Positions 21,703 to 32,507 of a stretch of DNA of 64,000 bases are shown one piece after another. Made by a program: the position numbers and the translations under genes. Within the stretch, counting starts at the first letter, position 1, and each line of letters begins with the position of its first letter. Source of the DNA: Pseudomonadota bacterium. GTDB taxonomy: Bacteria; Desulfobacterota; Binatia; Binatales; Binataceae. The notes under the pieces were generated by a model. That model saw only the letters and a program-made list of their open reading frames with translations, was not told the DNA's origin and did not search any database. Location: positions 1,049-65,048 of the forward strand of contig JAJPIL010000027.1 in the NCBI GenBank assembly GCA_021324755.1. The letters are read 5' to 3'.

Positions 21703-22294
21703 TGAGTATAAAATCCCTGATCTTGGCGTAGTCCTTAATTCCTGGAGCCCTCTCGACCCCACTTGCGACGTCGACCGCCCAGGGCCCGAGCGCAGCCGCG
21801 CTGGCTACCGTCTCGACTCGCAGACCGCCAGAGATAATCGTTCGGTCGAGCTCGAAGCCACGCAAGTCAAGCTTGGGCAGAGCGCGACCTGTTCCTCCGA
21901 AAAGGCGCTCGTCGTAACTATCTAACAGCACGTAGTCTGCCTTGGGTCTGCTCTCCCAGGCAACACGCATGCCCGGGCGGATGCGCCAGGCTCTAATCAC
22001 CGGCACGGGCCACCCCGCAAGCGCGCTTTCACCCTCATCACCGTGAAACTGCAGCATGTCGAGCCCAAGCTCGTGCTGGAGCTTTTCGACCTCCTCCCTG
22101 GGCGCGTTCACAAAGACGCCGACCAGTATCACTCGCCCGCGCACGGCGGTGCCGATCGCGCGTGCCGTCTCAAGCTCGACGAAACGCGGACTTCGGCGAT
22201 AAAAGTTGAGGCCGATAAGGTCCGCTCCCAGTTCAGCTGCCGCAATGGCGTCATCGACGCGCGTAATTCCACAGATTTTTACCTTAACTGCCAC
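21686..22294 (-). CDS. trpF: phosphoribosylanthranilate isomerase
   Basis: [30 protein letters not shown]. Confidence 0.97.
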   Translation of the reverse strand: MAVKVKICGITRVDDAIAAAELGADLIGLNFYRRSPRFVELETARAIGTAVRGRVILVGVFVNAPREEVEKLQHELGLDMLQFHGDEGESALAGWPVPVIRAWRIRPGMRVAWESRPKADYVLLDSYDERLFGGTGRALPKLDLRGFELDRTIISGGLRVETVASAAALGPWAVDVASGVERAPGIKDYAKIRDFILNAKSA

Positions 22295-23096
22295 TGGCTG
22301 TCGGTCTCAGAACCTCTCTAAACCCCGCAATTAGTGTGCGCAGCTCGCGACCTGGATGGTGATTCCTCAGCAGCCCCTCGCCCACGAGCACTGCGCACGC
22401 ACCCGCCTCAACGACTCGTTGAATATCCCGCGCATTATTGATACCGCTTTCTGACACAACTGGCTGGCTGGGACGATAATCTCTCAAAAGCCTTTCGGTC
22501 ACCGAAAGATTCGTCTCGAAGGTATGCAGATTGCGGTTATTTATACCGATCAGGCGTGCTCCGATTCGCTGCGCGACTTGCAGCTCTTCAGCCGTGTGAA
22601 CCTCGACAAGAGCAGTCATTCCAAGCTCGTGCGTCTGCTCGACCAGCGACTTGAGTTTTGCTTCGTCCAACATCGCGACGATCAGTAGCACACAATCCGC
22701 GCCCGCGGCCCGCGCTTCGAGCAGCTGGTAGTAATCGAAGATGAAGTCTTTACGCAAAATCGGCAGCTCCGTTGTTTCGCGTACCCGACGCAAGTCGTCG
22801 AGCGAACCCTTGAAGTGGCGATCGGTCAGAACAGAGATCGCCGCGGCTCCAGCCTCAGCGTACTCGCGCGCCACGGCAGCAGGGTCGAGCGTTGCGAAGA
22901 TATCGCCTTTGCTCGGCGAAGCGCGCTTTATTTCCGCGATAATCGCGGGCTTGTGCGCCTTCAACGAAGCGATAAAGTCGCGCGGCGAGGAAGCTTTGAG
23001 CACTTGAGACTCGAGTGCACGAAGCGGAACTTCGCGTTGACGCTCCTGTAGCTCGATTTTCTTGGCGGCGAAAATTCTCTCAAGAACCGAGTTCAT
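22284..23096 (-). CDS. trpC: indole-3-glycerol phosphate synthase
   Basis: IAEIKRASPSKG, LRKDFI, GINNRNL, SESGI. Confidence 0.98.
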   Translation of the reverse strand: MNSVLERIFAAKKIELQERQREVPLRALESQVLKASSPRDFIASLKAHKPAIIAEIKRASPSKGDIFATLDPAAVAREYAEAGAAAISVLTDRHFKGSLDDLRRVRETTELPILRKDFIFDYYQLLEARAAGADCVLLIVAMLDEAKLKSLVEQTHELGMTALVEVHTAEELQVAQRIGARLIGINNRNLHTFETNLSVTERLLRDYRPSQPVVSESGINNARDIQRVVEAGACAVLVGEGLLRNHHPGRELRTLIAGFREVLRPTASGS

Positions 23097-24132
23097 GTCC
23101 CCCTCGAAGCTGGCCGCTCACTTGTTTAAGGCTCTGTAGGACGTAAAGCGCGCGTCCCGACTTGAGTATCTCCATCGCTTGTTCGACCCCGTCTTCCAAC
23201 GAGACGCTTTTTCCGCTGACGTAAATGGCCGCGCCTGCGTTAAGCGCCACCACCTCGATTGGCGCGTCGGGTTGGCCGCTCAATGTTCGCACAAGAAGCT
23301 CGGCGGCATGATCGGCGTCCGAAACGCGCATCGGTACGTTGTGCCTCGGCGTATCGCCTAAAAGCCTGGTTGGCTCGATTCTGATTTCCCTTACCACCTC
23401 TCCATGACGGACTTCAATTGCGCTGGTTGGGCTGTGAGGCGATATTTCGTCCAGACCGTCGTCGCTGTGAACCACAAGCGCGTGCTCTCTGCCGAGAGCA
23501 GCCAAGGCCTGCGCCATCGGAAGCATCCGCTCTCTTTCTGACACGCCGGTAAGCTGTCGGCTAGGCATCGCTGGATTCGTCAACGGACCGAGCAGGTTGA
23601 ACAGCGTGCGAATACCTAGCTCGCGCCGCACGTGAGCAAAGCGCGCCATCAGCGGATGGTAGGCAGGCGCAAAGACGAAGCAAAAATTGCACCGGGTCAG
23701 ATACTCCCGCAGCGCGGCCGGCCCAGGATCGAGCATCACGCCGAGTCGTTCCAAAACGTCCGCCCCTCCGCATTTTCCGCTAACCGCGCGGTTGCCGTGT
23801 TTAGCCACGCGCGCGCCCGCAGCGGCGGCCACCAAGGCTGCAGCCGTAGATATGTTCAGTGTTGCTGCTCCGTCCCCACCCGTGCCAGCGGTATCCAGAA
23901 GGGGCTGTTCTCCCAGGTCGAGTTTTCGCGCAACAGCCAGCATCGCTCGGGCGGCGCCCGTAAGCTCGGGCCCCGACTCGCCTTTTAATCTCAAGGCCAC
24001 CAAAAAACCAGCCAAGAGAGCCTCGGACGGTGACTCGTCAAAAAGCTCGCGCCACGTGGCGAGCATGCGCACTTCATCAAGGTCGCGCCCGGATAGCACG
24101 TCTTGAAAAGCTGCTCTTAAAGCCTCCCCCAC
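23080..24132 (-). CDS. trpD: anthranilate phosphoribosyltransferase
   Basis: [38 protein letters not shown]. Confidence 0.98.
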   Translation of the reverse strand: MGEALRAAFQDVLSGRDLDEVRMLATWRELFDESPSEALLAGFLVALRLKGESGPELTGAARAMLAVARKLDLGEQPLLDTAGTGGDGAATLNISTAAALVAAAAGARVAKHGNRAVSGKCGGADVLERLGVMLDPGPAALREYLTRCNFCFVFAPAYHPLMARFAHVRRELGIRTLFNLLGPLTNPAMPSRQLTGVSERERMLPMAQALAALGREHALVVHSDDGLDEISPHSPTSAIEVRHGEVVREIRIEPTRLLGDTPRHNVPMRVSDADHAAELLVRTLSGQPDAPIEVVALNAGAAIYVSGKSVSLEDGVEQAMEILKSGRALYVLQSLKQVSGQLRGGHELGS

Positions 24133-24707
24133 TCGGCCACCTCTTTGAGAAAGTTCGCTAGCAGTTCTTTGCCATGCTCTGTAAGGATTGATTCGGGATG
24201 AAATTGCGTACCCTCTACGAGGTACTGGCGATGGCGTAGACCCATCACCTCGCCCTCTTTGGTCCAGGCGCTAATTTCGAGGCATTCGGGAACTGTTCCT
24301 TTTTGCACGACTAGCGAATGATAACGTGTCGCGTCAAAGGGATTCGGTATGCCCTGGAAGATTCCACGGCCGTCGTGCAGAATCGGCGAGGTCTTGCCGT
24401 GCATCAAACGGTCTGCCCGCACTATTTGAGCACCGAAGGCTTCCCCGATGCACTGATGGCCCAGGCATACGCCGAGAATCGGTATCTGGCCGCTGAACTC
24501 GCGGACGACGGCTACGGAAATTCCGGCTTGCCGGGGCGTGCACGGACCGGGCGAAATCACGATAGCCTGCGGACTTAACGAGCGGATAGCCTCCAGCGTG
24601 ATAGCATCGTTGCGTTTGACGATAACCTGCGCCCCAAGTTCGCCGAGATACTGTACAAGGTTGTAGGTGAACGAGTCATAATTGTCGATCATCAAAATAG
24701 TAGTCAT
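24117..24707 (-). CDS. trpG: anthranilate synthase component II (glutamine amidotransferase)
   Basis: [33 protein letters not shown]. Confidence 0.97.
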   Translation of the reverse strand: MTTILMIDNYDSFTYNLVQYLGELGAQVIVKRNDAITLEAIRSLSPQAIVISPGPCTPRQAGISVAVVREFSGQIPILGVCLGHQCIGEAFGAQIVRADRLMHGKTSPILHDGRGIFQGIPNPFDATRYHSLVVQKGTVPECLEISAWTKEGEVMGLRHRQYLVEGTQFHPESILTEHGKELLANFLKEVAEWGRL

Positions 24708-26218
24708 GCCTTGTAACCTTGAGCTCCGCTCTCGAAGTCCTTTGCCATTGCCAACGCGCGCAGCATCGCCTTGGCTTTGTTGACCGTTTCTTCGTACTCG
24801 GCCTCGGGCTGGGAGTCGGCTACTACACCGCCTCCGGCCTGGATATATACCCGATCGTTTTTGACGAGCAATGTTCGAAGCGCGATAGCTGTGTCCATGT
24901 TGCCCGTAAAACTGAAGTAACCGACCGCCCCCGCGTAAACGCCGCGCCGAGTCGGCTCGAGCTCGTCAATAATTTCCATCGCCCTAATTTTTGGGGCTCC
25001 GGAAACTGTACCTTGGGGGAACGTGGCGCGAAACGCGTCGAATGCGTCACAATCGTCGCGCAGCTCTCCTTTGACGTTCGACACGATATGCATCACGTGG
25101 GAATAACGCTCGACGACCATGAACTCTGTTACCTTGACCGAGCCTATCTTGGCCACCCGCCCGACGTCGTTGCGTCCAAGGTCAACGAGCATTACGTGTT
25201 CAGCTCGCTCTTTAGGGTCGCTTAACAATTCGCGCTCAAGAGCCTGGTCCTCTTCTTCTGTAATCCCCCGCCGTCGGGTGCCGGCGATCGGTCGCACGGT
25301 TATGTCGCGTCCTTCCAGCCGCACCATCACCTCGGGTGATGCTCCGACCAACGTATGGTCATCCATGCGCAAGTAAAACATGTAGGGCGAAGGGTTGATG
25401 GTGCGCAGGCTGCGGTAAAGATTGAACGGATGGACGGTCAGGGGCGCCTCGAAGCGTTGAGATGGCACGACCTGGATGATGTCGCCAGCGGCGATATATT
25501 CTTTGGCCCGCAATACCATCGCGATATAGCTTTCGCGCGTGAAGTTGGAGACCACCTTGGGCTCGAGCGTCGCATTGGGATGGTCAGGCGCCAAGCGAGG
25601 AAGCTTGGGCGGCTGGGCTAGCTTGGCAATCAACCGATCGATCTTGGCCGCGGCGTTATGATAAGCGCGAGCAGGTGAGTCGAATTCGTCCAGCGCGGCG
25701 TTCGCGATTATTCGAAGCCGTTGGCGCAGATTGTCGAACACGAGCATAGTGTCAGTAAACATCATAAATAGGTCCGGAACCTGAAGCTCATCGGGCGGAG
25801 GCTTCGGTAGCCGCTCAAAGTGCCGAACGATGTCGTAGGCGAGAAAGCCGACCGCCCCGCCTGAAAAAGGCGGTAAGCCATTGAGCAGCGGGGCGCGATA
25901 GCGCCGTAGCTCGTCGCGCAGCGCCACCAGCGGATCTGTAACTTCGGATACCTCTAGCGAACGGCCGGGACGAATGAGTTCTTTGCGTAGGTCCTTGATG
26001 CGCACGACCAGCGCTGGGTCAGAGCCTAAAAAGGTGTAGCGAGCCCATTTTTCGCCCCCTTGTACGCTCTCCAAAAGAAAAGCGTAGCTGTCAGAGGCGA
26101 TTTTCAAAAACGCTGAGACGGGTGTTTCGAGGTCAGCTGGTATTTCGCAAAAAACTGGGATTAAGTTAAAACCCGATGCGGCCAGCGCGCTAAATTCTTT
26201 TTCTGTCGGATAAAGCAT
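24704..26218 (-). CDS. trpE: anthranilate synthase component I
   Basis: LLES Trp-feedback motif, [33 protein letters not shown]. Confidence 0.98.
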   Translation of the reverse strand: MLYPTEKEFSALAASGFNLIPVFCEIPADLETPVSAFLKIASDSYAFLLESVQGGEKWARYTFLGSDPALVVRIKDLRKELIRPGRSLEVSEVTDPLVALRDELRRYRAPLLNGLPPFSGGAVGFLAYDIVRHFERLPKPPPDELQVPDLFMMFTDTMLVFDNLRQRLRIIANAALDEFDSPARAYHNAAAKIDRLIAKLAQPPKLPRLAPDHPNATLEPKVVSNFTRESYIAMVLRAKEYIAAGDIIQVVPSQRFEAPLTVHPFNLYRSLRTINPSPYMFYLRMDDHTLVGASPEVMVRLEGRDITVRPIAGTRRRGITEEEDQALERELLSDPKERAEHVMLVDLGRNDVGRVAKIGSVKVTEFMVVERYSHVMHIVSNVKGELRDDCDAFDAFRATFPQGTVSGAPKIRAMEIIDELEPTRRGVYAGAVGYFSFTGNMDTAIALRTLLVKNDRVYIQAGGGVVADSQPEAEYEETVNKAKAMLRALAMAKDFESGAQGYKA

Positions 26219-26291
26219 CGCGTCGCCTCAACTCGACAACATTTTTACCCGCACAATCTTTGGGCGTTGAGCCTCTCGTTTTTGGTCTCGG

Positions 26292-26332
26292 AAAACTAAA
26301 AGGGCCGCCGGAAGTTTATTCCCGCGGCCCTT
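26292..26332 (-). terminator. trp attenuator terminator hairpin
   Basis: Minus strand AAGGGCCGCGGGAA-TAAAC-TTCCGGCGGCCCTT followed by TTAGTTTT, between the leader peptide and trpE. Confidence 0.85.
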
Positions 26333-26356
26333 AAACGTTCCTGCTACGCAACTAAC

Positions 26357-26434
26357 CTAGAAGAACAAGGCGCGGGCATGGCAACTCTTCGGCCAGCACC
26401 ACCATCGAGTCTTGCTCTGGCCCCGGTTTTCCAT
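26357..26434 (-). CDS. trpL: trp operon leader peptide MENRGQSKTRWWCWPKSCHARALFF (25 aa)
   Basis: Manual translation; three Trp codons (TGG TGG TGC TGG); GAGGTG RBS 7 nt upstream; followed by a terminator hairpin. Confidence 0.88.
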   Translation of the reverse strand: MENRGQSKTRWWCWPKSCHARALFF

Positions 26435-26456
26435 GCTCGCTCACCTCGACATTAAC

Positions 26457-26485
26457 TAGCTAATCGACAGTCGCTCGGCTGTCAA
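26457..26485 (-). promoter_or_regulatory. putative sigma70 promoter of the trp operon
   Basis: Perfect TTGACA -35 (26480-26485). The -10 is weak (TTAGCT at a 16-nt spacer or TAGCTA at 17). Confidence 0.45.
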
Positions 26486-26576
26486 CAGAGCCGGGATTAC
26501 CGCGCTATCTCGTAACGCTCAGGCAGAACCTGCCGCCGTTGGTCCGCTCCTCGTGCGGATAAGCATGAGCGTTTCT

Positions 26577-27026
26577 CTATTTGTCGCTTGGCCCGGCGAT
26601 TTCGACCGGAATCTTGCGTGCAGCCAAGCGCTGCGGCACAGGAATCGACAGCTCTAGTACGCCGTTCTGGAACGATGCTTTCACTTCCTCGGCTTTGACC
26701 CCCTCGGGCAACGTCAGCGAGCGCTCAAAGGTGCCATAGCTGACTTCACGATGTAGGTAGTCTCGGTTCTTTGTCTCCTTTTCGGATTTTCGACTGCCCC
26801 TGATCGTGAGAATGTTGCCTGTCACGGTAACTTCTACGTCTTTCGGATCTACCCCAGGCAGGTCAGCCCGCACAACAAGTCGATCATCCTCGACGTACGA
26901 CTCGATTGCGGGTCGCGTCAACGCGGGCTGCGCAGAACCAAAGAAACGATCGAATAACTCGTCAAAGTCGCGTCGAAACCGTTCAAGCTCCCGAAACGGC
27001 GACCATGCCTGTAGCTCCCACGCCAT
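26577..27026 (-). CDS. Hsp20/alpha-crystallin small heat-shock protein
   Basis: WSPF, ADLPGV, ERSLTLP, ASFQNGVL, C-terminal IPV; GGGAGGTG RBS before ATG 27026. Confidence 0.95.
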   Translation of the reverse strand: MAWELQAWSPFRELERFRRDFDELFDRFFGSAQPALTRPAIESYVEDDRLVVRADLPGVDPKDVEVTVTGNILTIRGSRKSEKETKNRDYLHREVSYGTFERSLTLPEGVKAEEVKASFQNGVLELSIPVPQRLAARKIPVEIAGPSDK

Positions 27027-27235
27027 AGTTGACTCACCTCCCATCCCGATTTTGCTTGGGCCCCCTGTCCGGCCTAACCTTAAGTTAAGCACTGAAAAGC
27101 AGACGACAAGGCGCCATGAAAAGCGCTCACGCCCTCAGCGCACCGCGAACAGGAGGTTTTTAGTTAGGGCAAGTTGCTAGGCGCCTGCAGAAGCACGGTA
27201 AGCGACAGAGCAGACGCTTCGACTACGGGAATCAA

Positions 27236-28012
27236 TCACTCGGTGTCGTTATCTTCTTGTTCTTCGTTCGTATTTTCTTCTGACGCTGAAGGCTTGGCGC
27301 GGTGCGAGCGTGCGGCTTGCGTTGCTTTAGCATGGGGCAGCTTTTGTTCGGCGCTCGTTGAAGCCGACACCGAAGGTGCGGAGCTGGGCTGACTTGCTAC
27401 GGGTTGGGCTTCTTCGACGGGTGTAGCGACAGCGCTCTGGCCAAAAACCGGCGGTGAAGATTGCGCGGCGGGCGAAGGGGCCGAGGGCACAACTACTTCG
27501 GTAGCCGTACCCACCGAGGGTACTGTTTGCGGGGTGGTTACGCTTTTACTTGGATTCGGTATAGACTGCTCGCGATAGTAACTTCGCCCCAGCCTTCCGA
27601 GCGCTATGGCGACTAAGGCTACCAGGGCTGCTGCAATCCAAGCAGCTCGGCCGTTGCGGCGTTTTTGGCCGAGCGTAAAACCTTCGGGTGCTCTTGCGGC
27701 TTCGCTTTCCAGACGCTGAAGCTCGCGCACAAAACGCATCGCGAGGTCCTCACCGTCGAGACCCAGCGTAGCCGCATAACGACGCAAAAACGGTACTAAG
27801 TAGATCTGGTCAGAAATTTTGCCGGAGCTCTCGCCTTCGAGCATTTCAACGTAGCTCAAAGGTATATGAGCCCGTCTTGCCGCTTCTTCTCGGTCGAGGC
27901 CGAGTTTTTCGCGTGTGGCGATTAAGATTTGTGCCAATTTACGCGCCTCGCCGTGCTCTTCGGTTACCCACGGCTGGGCGGAAGGGGCAACTTCGTTATC
28001 CACAGCTATCAA
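27236..28012 (-). CDS. RodZ-like HTH_25 membrane protein with low-complexity periplasmic tail
   Basis: REKLGL...I..LE.E...YLVPFLRRYAATLGLD HTH, single TM helix, Ser/Pro/Ala-rich tail; no recognisable C-terminal beta domain. Confidence 0.75.
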   Translation of the reverse strand: MIAVDNEVAPSAQPWVTEEHGEARKLAQILIATREKLGLDREEAARRAHIPLSYVEMLEGESSGKISDQIYLVPFLRRYAATLGLDGEDLAMRFVRELQRLESEAARAPEGFTLGQKRRNGRAAWIAAALVALVAIALGRLGRSYYREQSIPNPSKSVTTPQTVPSVGTATEVVVPSAPSPAAQSSPPVFGQSAVATPVEEAQPVASQPSSAPSVSASTSAEQKLPHAKATQAARSHRAKPSASEENTNEEQEDNDTE

Positions 28013-28089
28013 GTTTTCCTAAGCTATTTGACTACGATGCTCAATAATAAGTCGCAAATTTCACTTGAGCGGGAGCTTTCAATCTTCGA

Positions 28090-28608
28090 CTAGTGCGTTG
28101 TCGGGCTCTCGACAGTTTTGCTTGAAGCGTTTTGGCGGTCTGGACGAAGTGAAGCTCCACCGTTTTTAATCTTATCTAATTCCTGTCGCGCCTGCTCAAC
28201 CCAAGGCGGATCAGGCCTGCCTTCGAGCATCGAGGCATGAGTGCCCAAGTCGACCGCATTTTGCCAATCGTGCTTCCAAAAAGCGATCATCCCGAGGTAA
28301 TCATACGCCGGGCCGTACATCGGGTCGTACTGCGTAGCTGTTTGAAAGTCGTTTGCAGCTGCTAACATCTCATGGTTGTTGTAGTGCTGGATACCTCGGC
28401 GAGTGAAAACCTCTGCGGCAAAATGGCGCAACTGCAAATTGCCTGGGTCGGCGTTGACCGCAGCGGTAACCTGCCGCACGGCATCGTCCAGGCGCCCCTG
28501 AGCCAAAGCTGTCTGGCCCTCGTCTGAAAACGTTTGTGAACACGCATAAAAGCTCACAAACGCAATCATCAAAGCTAAAGGCAGCGCCACGCGCTCCATC
28601 GCTTCCAA
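28090..28608 (-). CDS. TPR-repeat putative lipoprotein
   Basis: Signal peptide ending FYAC (lipobox-like); TPR-like helices (A..YDP..GPAYDYLG). Confidence 0.7.
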   Translation of the reverse strand: MEAMERVALPLALMIAFVSFYACSQTFSDEGQTALAQGRLDDAVRQVTAAVNADPGNLQLRHFAAEVFTRRGIQHYNNHEMLAAANDFQTATQYDPMYGPAYDYLGMIAFWKHDWQNAVDLGTHASMLEGRPDPPWVEQARQELDKIKNGGASLRPDRQNASSKTVESPTTH

Positions 28609-28894
28609 ATCTTAGCCATGCGCACAAGCGAAGCCAACTAGCAAGCTATTTCGAAGCCGTGCCGAGCAGCAGAAAATTAAAGTTACAGCGTCAAAGTAAG
28701 TGCCCGCTTTGCTACCATAGTCGCGCCGAGCTCTTCTGGCGGCGGCGAACTCGCTATTCGGCATACCTGCGAGTCGGCAAGTCTCGGCGTCTTCGGCCAT
28801 CTGTTTTTACTCAACGGCCTAAGTTTGTCGGCTTCGGTCGGATCGCTTTGCAAAGGTCAAGCTACAAGGCTGTTCGAGCGGGCAGCCGGAAGTT

Positions 28895-30337
28895 TCAATG
28901 AGCCTTTGTCAAACGTGCTGACCCGAAACTTGTTGCAGAGGGGTGGGCGGTGCGTGATTCGAGGAAGGCGACGATATCGTCGAGCTCTTCTGGCTTGAGA
29001 ATTCCTGCAAAACTCGGCATGTTGTAGCCGCCGTTGAGGATACGGATTGTGATTTCGTTTGGGGTAAGTCGGTCACCGACAGTGGTCAGGTCGGGGCCTC
29101 GCTGACCGCCGTAGCCCGAGATTTCGTGGCAGAATTCGCATCCCTTGTCGTGGAACAAAGCAGCCCCTCGGAAAATCGGTCCGTTGCTCGCTCCGACCAC
29201 GCTTGATGGAAGCGGCTTTGCCTCGAAGCGCGGCGACCAGGGAGCTCTGATGCCTTCGATCCAGAGCGCGCCGACCGTAAGCCACACCATGATTGTCGCG
29301 GCGACGGCCCAAGGCCGGTTGCGCGGGTGGCGCTCGCCAGTATTCCAGATTGGCGGCACCAGCAGAACAATTAGAATACCCAACAACGGCGCCAGCACGA
29401 TAAACGCGCTAGACAACTCGTTCGGAACAAGAGCGAGCGCTGCGTAGTACCACAACAGGTACCAATCGGGAGCCGGGTCCTTGGCAAGAAGACTGGGGTT
29501 TGGGGGCGCGCCAAGTCGCGGAGGGCCAACTATCAGTGCCAAGGCCGCGATCGCTACTACGACGGCGAATCCGAACACTACGTCACGCCAAGCCGCGTCG
29601 GGCCAGAAAGGGACACCTCTTTCTTCAAGAAGCTTGCGATATCGTTCGCGGTAAGTTTTGGGATCGACTCGCTCGCCGGGCACCGGCGGCTCGGAAATGC
29701 CGTCGTGAAGTACCAGCAATAGATGGAGACCCACAAAGGCAAAGAGCAGGGCAGGAATGAAGAATACGTGGAAGGCGAAGAAACGACTGAGAGTCTGCGC
29801 ACCCAAAGTTTTGCCACCAAGAATGAAGCGCGCTAGTGCGGATCCGATCAAGGGTATTCTCCCGGCCTGCTGCGCGGCTACCACGACAGCCCATACCGCC
29901 GTCTGATCCCAGCGCAAAAGTTGGCCAGTAAAGCCAAGCGCCACAACGAGAACCAGAAGAATTACGCCAGTGATCCAGTTGAGTTCGCGCGGGTACTTGT
30001 AGCATCCCATCAAAAACACCTGAGTCATGTGCGCTCCAACGAGCAGCACCATCGCCGAGGCGCCAAAGAAATGAAGCCCGCGCAAAAAGCTCCCCATAAA
30101 GGCGTCGTTCGTAATAAACTGCAACGCCTGGTACGCGTCTCCCGCGGCCGAGACGTAGCCCATGGCTAACGCTGTGCCGGTTACGACCTGGATGATTAGC
30201 GCGAGTAGCGCCGCACTGCCGAAAACGTAAGACCAGCCCGTATCTGGGGGGACTGGATGAAGTGCCACGTTCTTCAAGGCACTGATAAGGCCAGTGCGTT
30301 CTTCGAATGCCGCTATTAGGCGCTTGACAAGCTTCAT
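28895..30337 (-). CDS. cytochrome b (N- and C-terminal parts fused) with C-terminal cytochrome c domain, quinol:cytochrome c oxidoreductase subunit
   Basis: Heme b His pairs LRGLH-x13-H and FFAFH-x14-H, PDWY Qo motif, CEFCH heme c motif with distal MP. Confidence 0.93.
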   Translation of the reverse strand: MKLVKRLIAAFEERTGLISALKNVALHPVPPDTGWSYVFGSAALLALIIQVVTGTALAMGYVSAAGDAYQALQFITNDAFMGSFLRGLHFFGASAMVLLVGAHMTQVFLMGCYKYPRELNWITGVILLVLVVALGFTGQLLRWDQTAVWAVVVAAQQAGRIPLIGSALARFILGGKTLGAQTLSRFFAFHVFFIPALLFAFVGLHLLLVLHDGISEPPVPGERVDPKTYRERYRKLLEERGVPFWPDAAWRDVVFGFAVVVAIAALALIVGPPRLGAPPNPSLLAKDPAPDWYLLWYYAALALVPNELSSAFIVLAPLLGILIVLLVPPIWNTGERHPRNRPWAVAATIMVWLTVGALWIEGIRAPWSPRFEAKPLPSSVVGASNGPIFRGAALFHDKGCEFCHEISGYGGQRGPDLTTVGDRLTPNEITIRILNGGYNMPSFAGILKPEELDDIVAFLESRTAHPSATSFGSARLTKAH

Positions 30338-30364
30338 CGACCGCGCGTCAGAAATTCGCTTTAA

Positions 30365-30904
30365 TTAACGAGCGTAGCCAGCGATGGGGATCGCGCTGGC
30401 TAAGACCTCTACCTGACCGTCCTTCACCCTTACAGGCAGCCGCACCAGTGGACGTTGCGGTGGGCCGGCCGCTACCGTTCCGTCGGCGTAAAAGACGCCA
30501 CCGTGGCAGGGACAGAGAAACATCTGGGCGCTCGCGATCCAGTGCACCGGACAGCCCAGATGGGTACAGTTCAGAGCAAACGCGATAAAATTGTTCACGT
30601 CGACTCGCCTTAGCCATGCCGCAGTCTGCGCCGTCACGCCGGCCCAGGCCAGCGGTGAAGGGTCGAGAAAGTCGACTTTGACGGTCTCTCCCACTTTGAA
30701 ATCATCGACGCGACCGACCTTTCTCCATACTCGGGGAAACTTCTGAATAAGTGGGCCGAGCACAAAACCGACCACCGGAATCGCGATGATCGCCGCGCTC
30801 AGCCCAGCTAGCGCGAGGCTCAGGCGCGCCAGGAAAATCCGCCGCCCGCAGTCCGCCTCGCGCGACCGATTCGGAACGCTTTGAGGATGGCTGTCATCGG
30901 TCAT
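30365..30904 (-). CDS. Rieske iron-sulfur subunit of the bc complex
   Basis: Tat-like GRRIFL plus TM helix; CTHLGC and CPCHGG motifs. Confidence 0.94.
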   Translation of the reverse strand: MTDDSHPQSVPNRSREADCGRRIFLARLSLALAGLSAAIIAIPVVGFVLGPLIQKFPRVWRKVGRVDDFKVGETVKVDFLDPSPLAWAGVTAQTAAWLRRVDVNNFIAFALNCTHLGCPVHWIASAQMFLCPCHGGVFYADGTVAAGPPQRPLVRLPVRVKDGQVEVLASAIPIAGYAR

Positions 30905-31121
30905 GGACCATCTCTCCAATCCAGTTTTTCAGTGCCACCACTGAGATTACAAAACCCGCCGCCGAGAAAACCCAAGAAGCAACGACACCCCACATCAACA
31001 GCGTCACGCCCATCGCGAGCATTGCCGGCGCGTAGGTGGGCTTGGGTATTGCCTGCTCCGGTGGCAAACTCCATTCCCCGAGTGTTTTGCTTGCGTTGTG
31101 GAGCGTCTGCTCCGCCGCCAT
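30894..31121 (-). CDS. small 2-TM protein, cytochrome c oxidase subunit IV (CtaF)-like
   Basis: 75 aa, IPKPTYAP followed by two hydrophobic helices ending W..E; GGAGG RBS; embedded in the cox/bc operon. Confidence 0.65.
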   Translation of the reverse strand: MAAEQTLHNASKTLGEWSLPPEQAIPKPTYAPAMLAMGVTLLMWGVVASWVFSAAGFVISVVALKNWIGEMVHDR

Positions 31122-31140
31122 CTCACTACCTCCTGCCGAA

Positions 31141-31938
31141 CTACTTGTTCGCGCTGGCCGAAGCTTGAAACTGATACTCGCTATACCATCGGTGAAGAAC
31201 TACGAGTATCGCGCCAAGAAAGACGAAGCCGCCAGCGACCCACATGATTAGGCCCCCGAGTTGCTGATCGGTGGCGGGATCGAGCTCCCAGGAGTTCCGT
31301 ATTAGCGCCAAGATTCCAAAACTGTCGGTCGGGTTTGAGTACGCCGAGTAGAGCCCGGGCCGAGCAAAGGTAATTAGGATACCGAGCAAACTGCTCGAAA
31401 GAGCAGCCGTAAACAAATAAACGACCGACGGTGCTGTATTCAAACGAGAAGGCTCATGGGGCGTTACGAGCGGCCACCAAAATATAGTTGCAGTGGTAAG
31501 GAAAACCAGGTGCTCCAAAATGTGTATCCACTCGGCGGTCAGAGTAGCGTCGTAAAGCGCTGGGAGGTGCCAAACCCATAACGCCAGATTAAAACCGGTC
31601 CACGCCACTGGGGCCGAGCTCAAAAATTTCTCGAGCTGCGCGATTGGGCGCGCGCGAAGCAACGTGTTGACAAAGCTTTCGGAAACTCCCATGAGCAAAA
31701 GCGGCGGAACAACCAGTACCAGCAGAAGGTGCTGGACCATGTGCGCCGAAAAGAGATAATGGTCGGCCAGCACATCTATTGGTGAGACCAGCGCCAACAG
31801 CAGGAAAGCGTCACCGGCCAGGAAAAACGCGGCGCGCGTGGAATTCCATCCGTTGGTTGCTACGTATGCCGCAAACAGGAGCGTGCAACCGACTATCACC
31901 GAGGGCTCGAAGTCCCACTGAACGATAACCTTTTCCAT
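31141..31938 (-). CDS. ctaG: caa3-type cytochrome c oxidase assembly factor CtaG
   Basis: LFSAHMVQHLLL, WVWHLPALY, EH, DQQLGGLIMW. Confidence 0.92.
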   Translation of the reverse strand: MEKVIVQWDFEPSVIVGCTLLFAAYVATNGWNSTRAAFFLAGDAFLLLALVSPIDVLADHYLFSAHMVQHLLLVLVVPPLLLMGVSESFVNTLLRARPIAQLEKFLSSAPVAWTGFNLALWVWHLPALYDATLTAEWIHILEHLVFLTTATIFWWPLVTPHEPSRLNTAPSVVYLFTAALSSSLLGILITFARPGLYSAYSNPTDSFGILALIRNSWELDPATDQQLGGLIMWVAGGFVFLGAILVVLHRWYSEYQFQASASANK

Positions 31939-31941
31939 CGA

Positions 31942-32496
31942 CTAGACAAGCGAACCTAGGTATACAATCCCGAAAATCACAACCCACACTGCGTCGACGA
32001 AATGCCAATACATGCCGACCGCTTCGACCGCCTCCGCCTGTCGTTCTCGAACTAGGCCGCGCAGCACGAGTCCCGCCACTACCGCAAGCGCGCACAGTCC
32101 GACAAGAACGTGCAAGCCGTGAAAACCGGTCAACGTGAAGAACGTGGTGCCGAAAAGATTTCGGCTGATCGTCACGTCGTTGTGAAAAAGCCTTAGGTAC
32201 TCTCGTCCCTGACCGTATAAGAAAATCGCGCCGAGACCGATCGTTGCCACTAGCCAGGCAATTACTCGGTCGTATTGGCCGCGGCGCAGGTTCCGCTCGC
32301 TAAGCCAGAGAGTCGCGCTGCTGCTGAACAGACACAGCGAGTAGAAGGTCGTGGTAGGAATATCAAGACTGTCAGCAGCGTTAGGGCCGTTTTGGGGCTG
32401 CCCGTGATAGAACACGTAGGCGACGATCAGCAGCGCGAAAAAACTCGCCTCAGAAGCTATAAACAAGGCCATCGCGAGCTTTGCCTTGGAATACAT
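31942..32496 (-). CDS. ctaE: heme-copper oxidase subunit III (short form)
   Basis: FIASE, FFTLTGFHGLHV, YWHFVDAVW. Confidence 0.93.
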   Translation of the reverse strand: MYSKAKLAMALFIASEASFFALLIVAYVFYHGQPQNGPNAADSLDIPTTTFYSLCLFSSSATLWLSERNLRRGQYDRVIAWLVATIGLGAIFLYGQGREYLRLFHNDVTISRNLFGTTFFTLTGFHGLHVLVGLCALAVVAGLVLRGLVRERQAEAVEAVGMYWHFVDAVWVVIFGIVYLGSLV

Positions 32497-32507
32497 CGCA
32501 GCTCTTC

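Noticed and set aside
27027-27130. CIRCE or ROSE heat-shock element before hsp20
   Set aside because: No TTAGCACTC-N9-GAGTGCTAA and no convincing ROSE hairpin.
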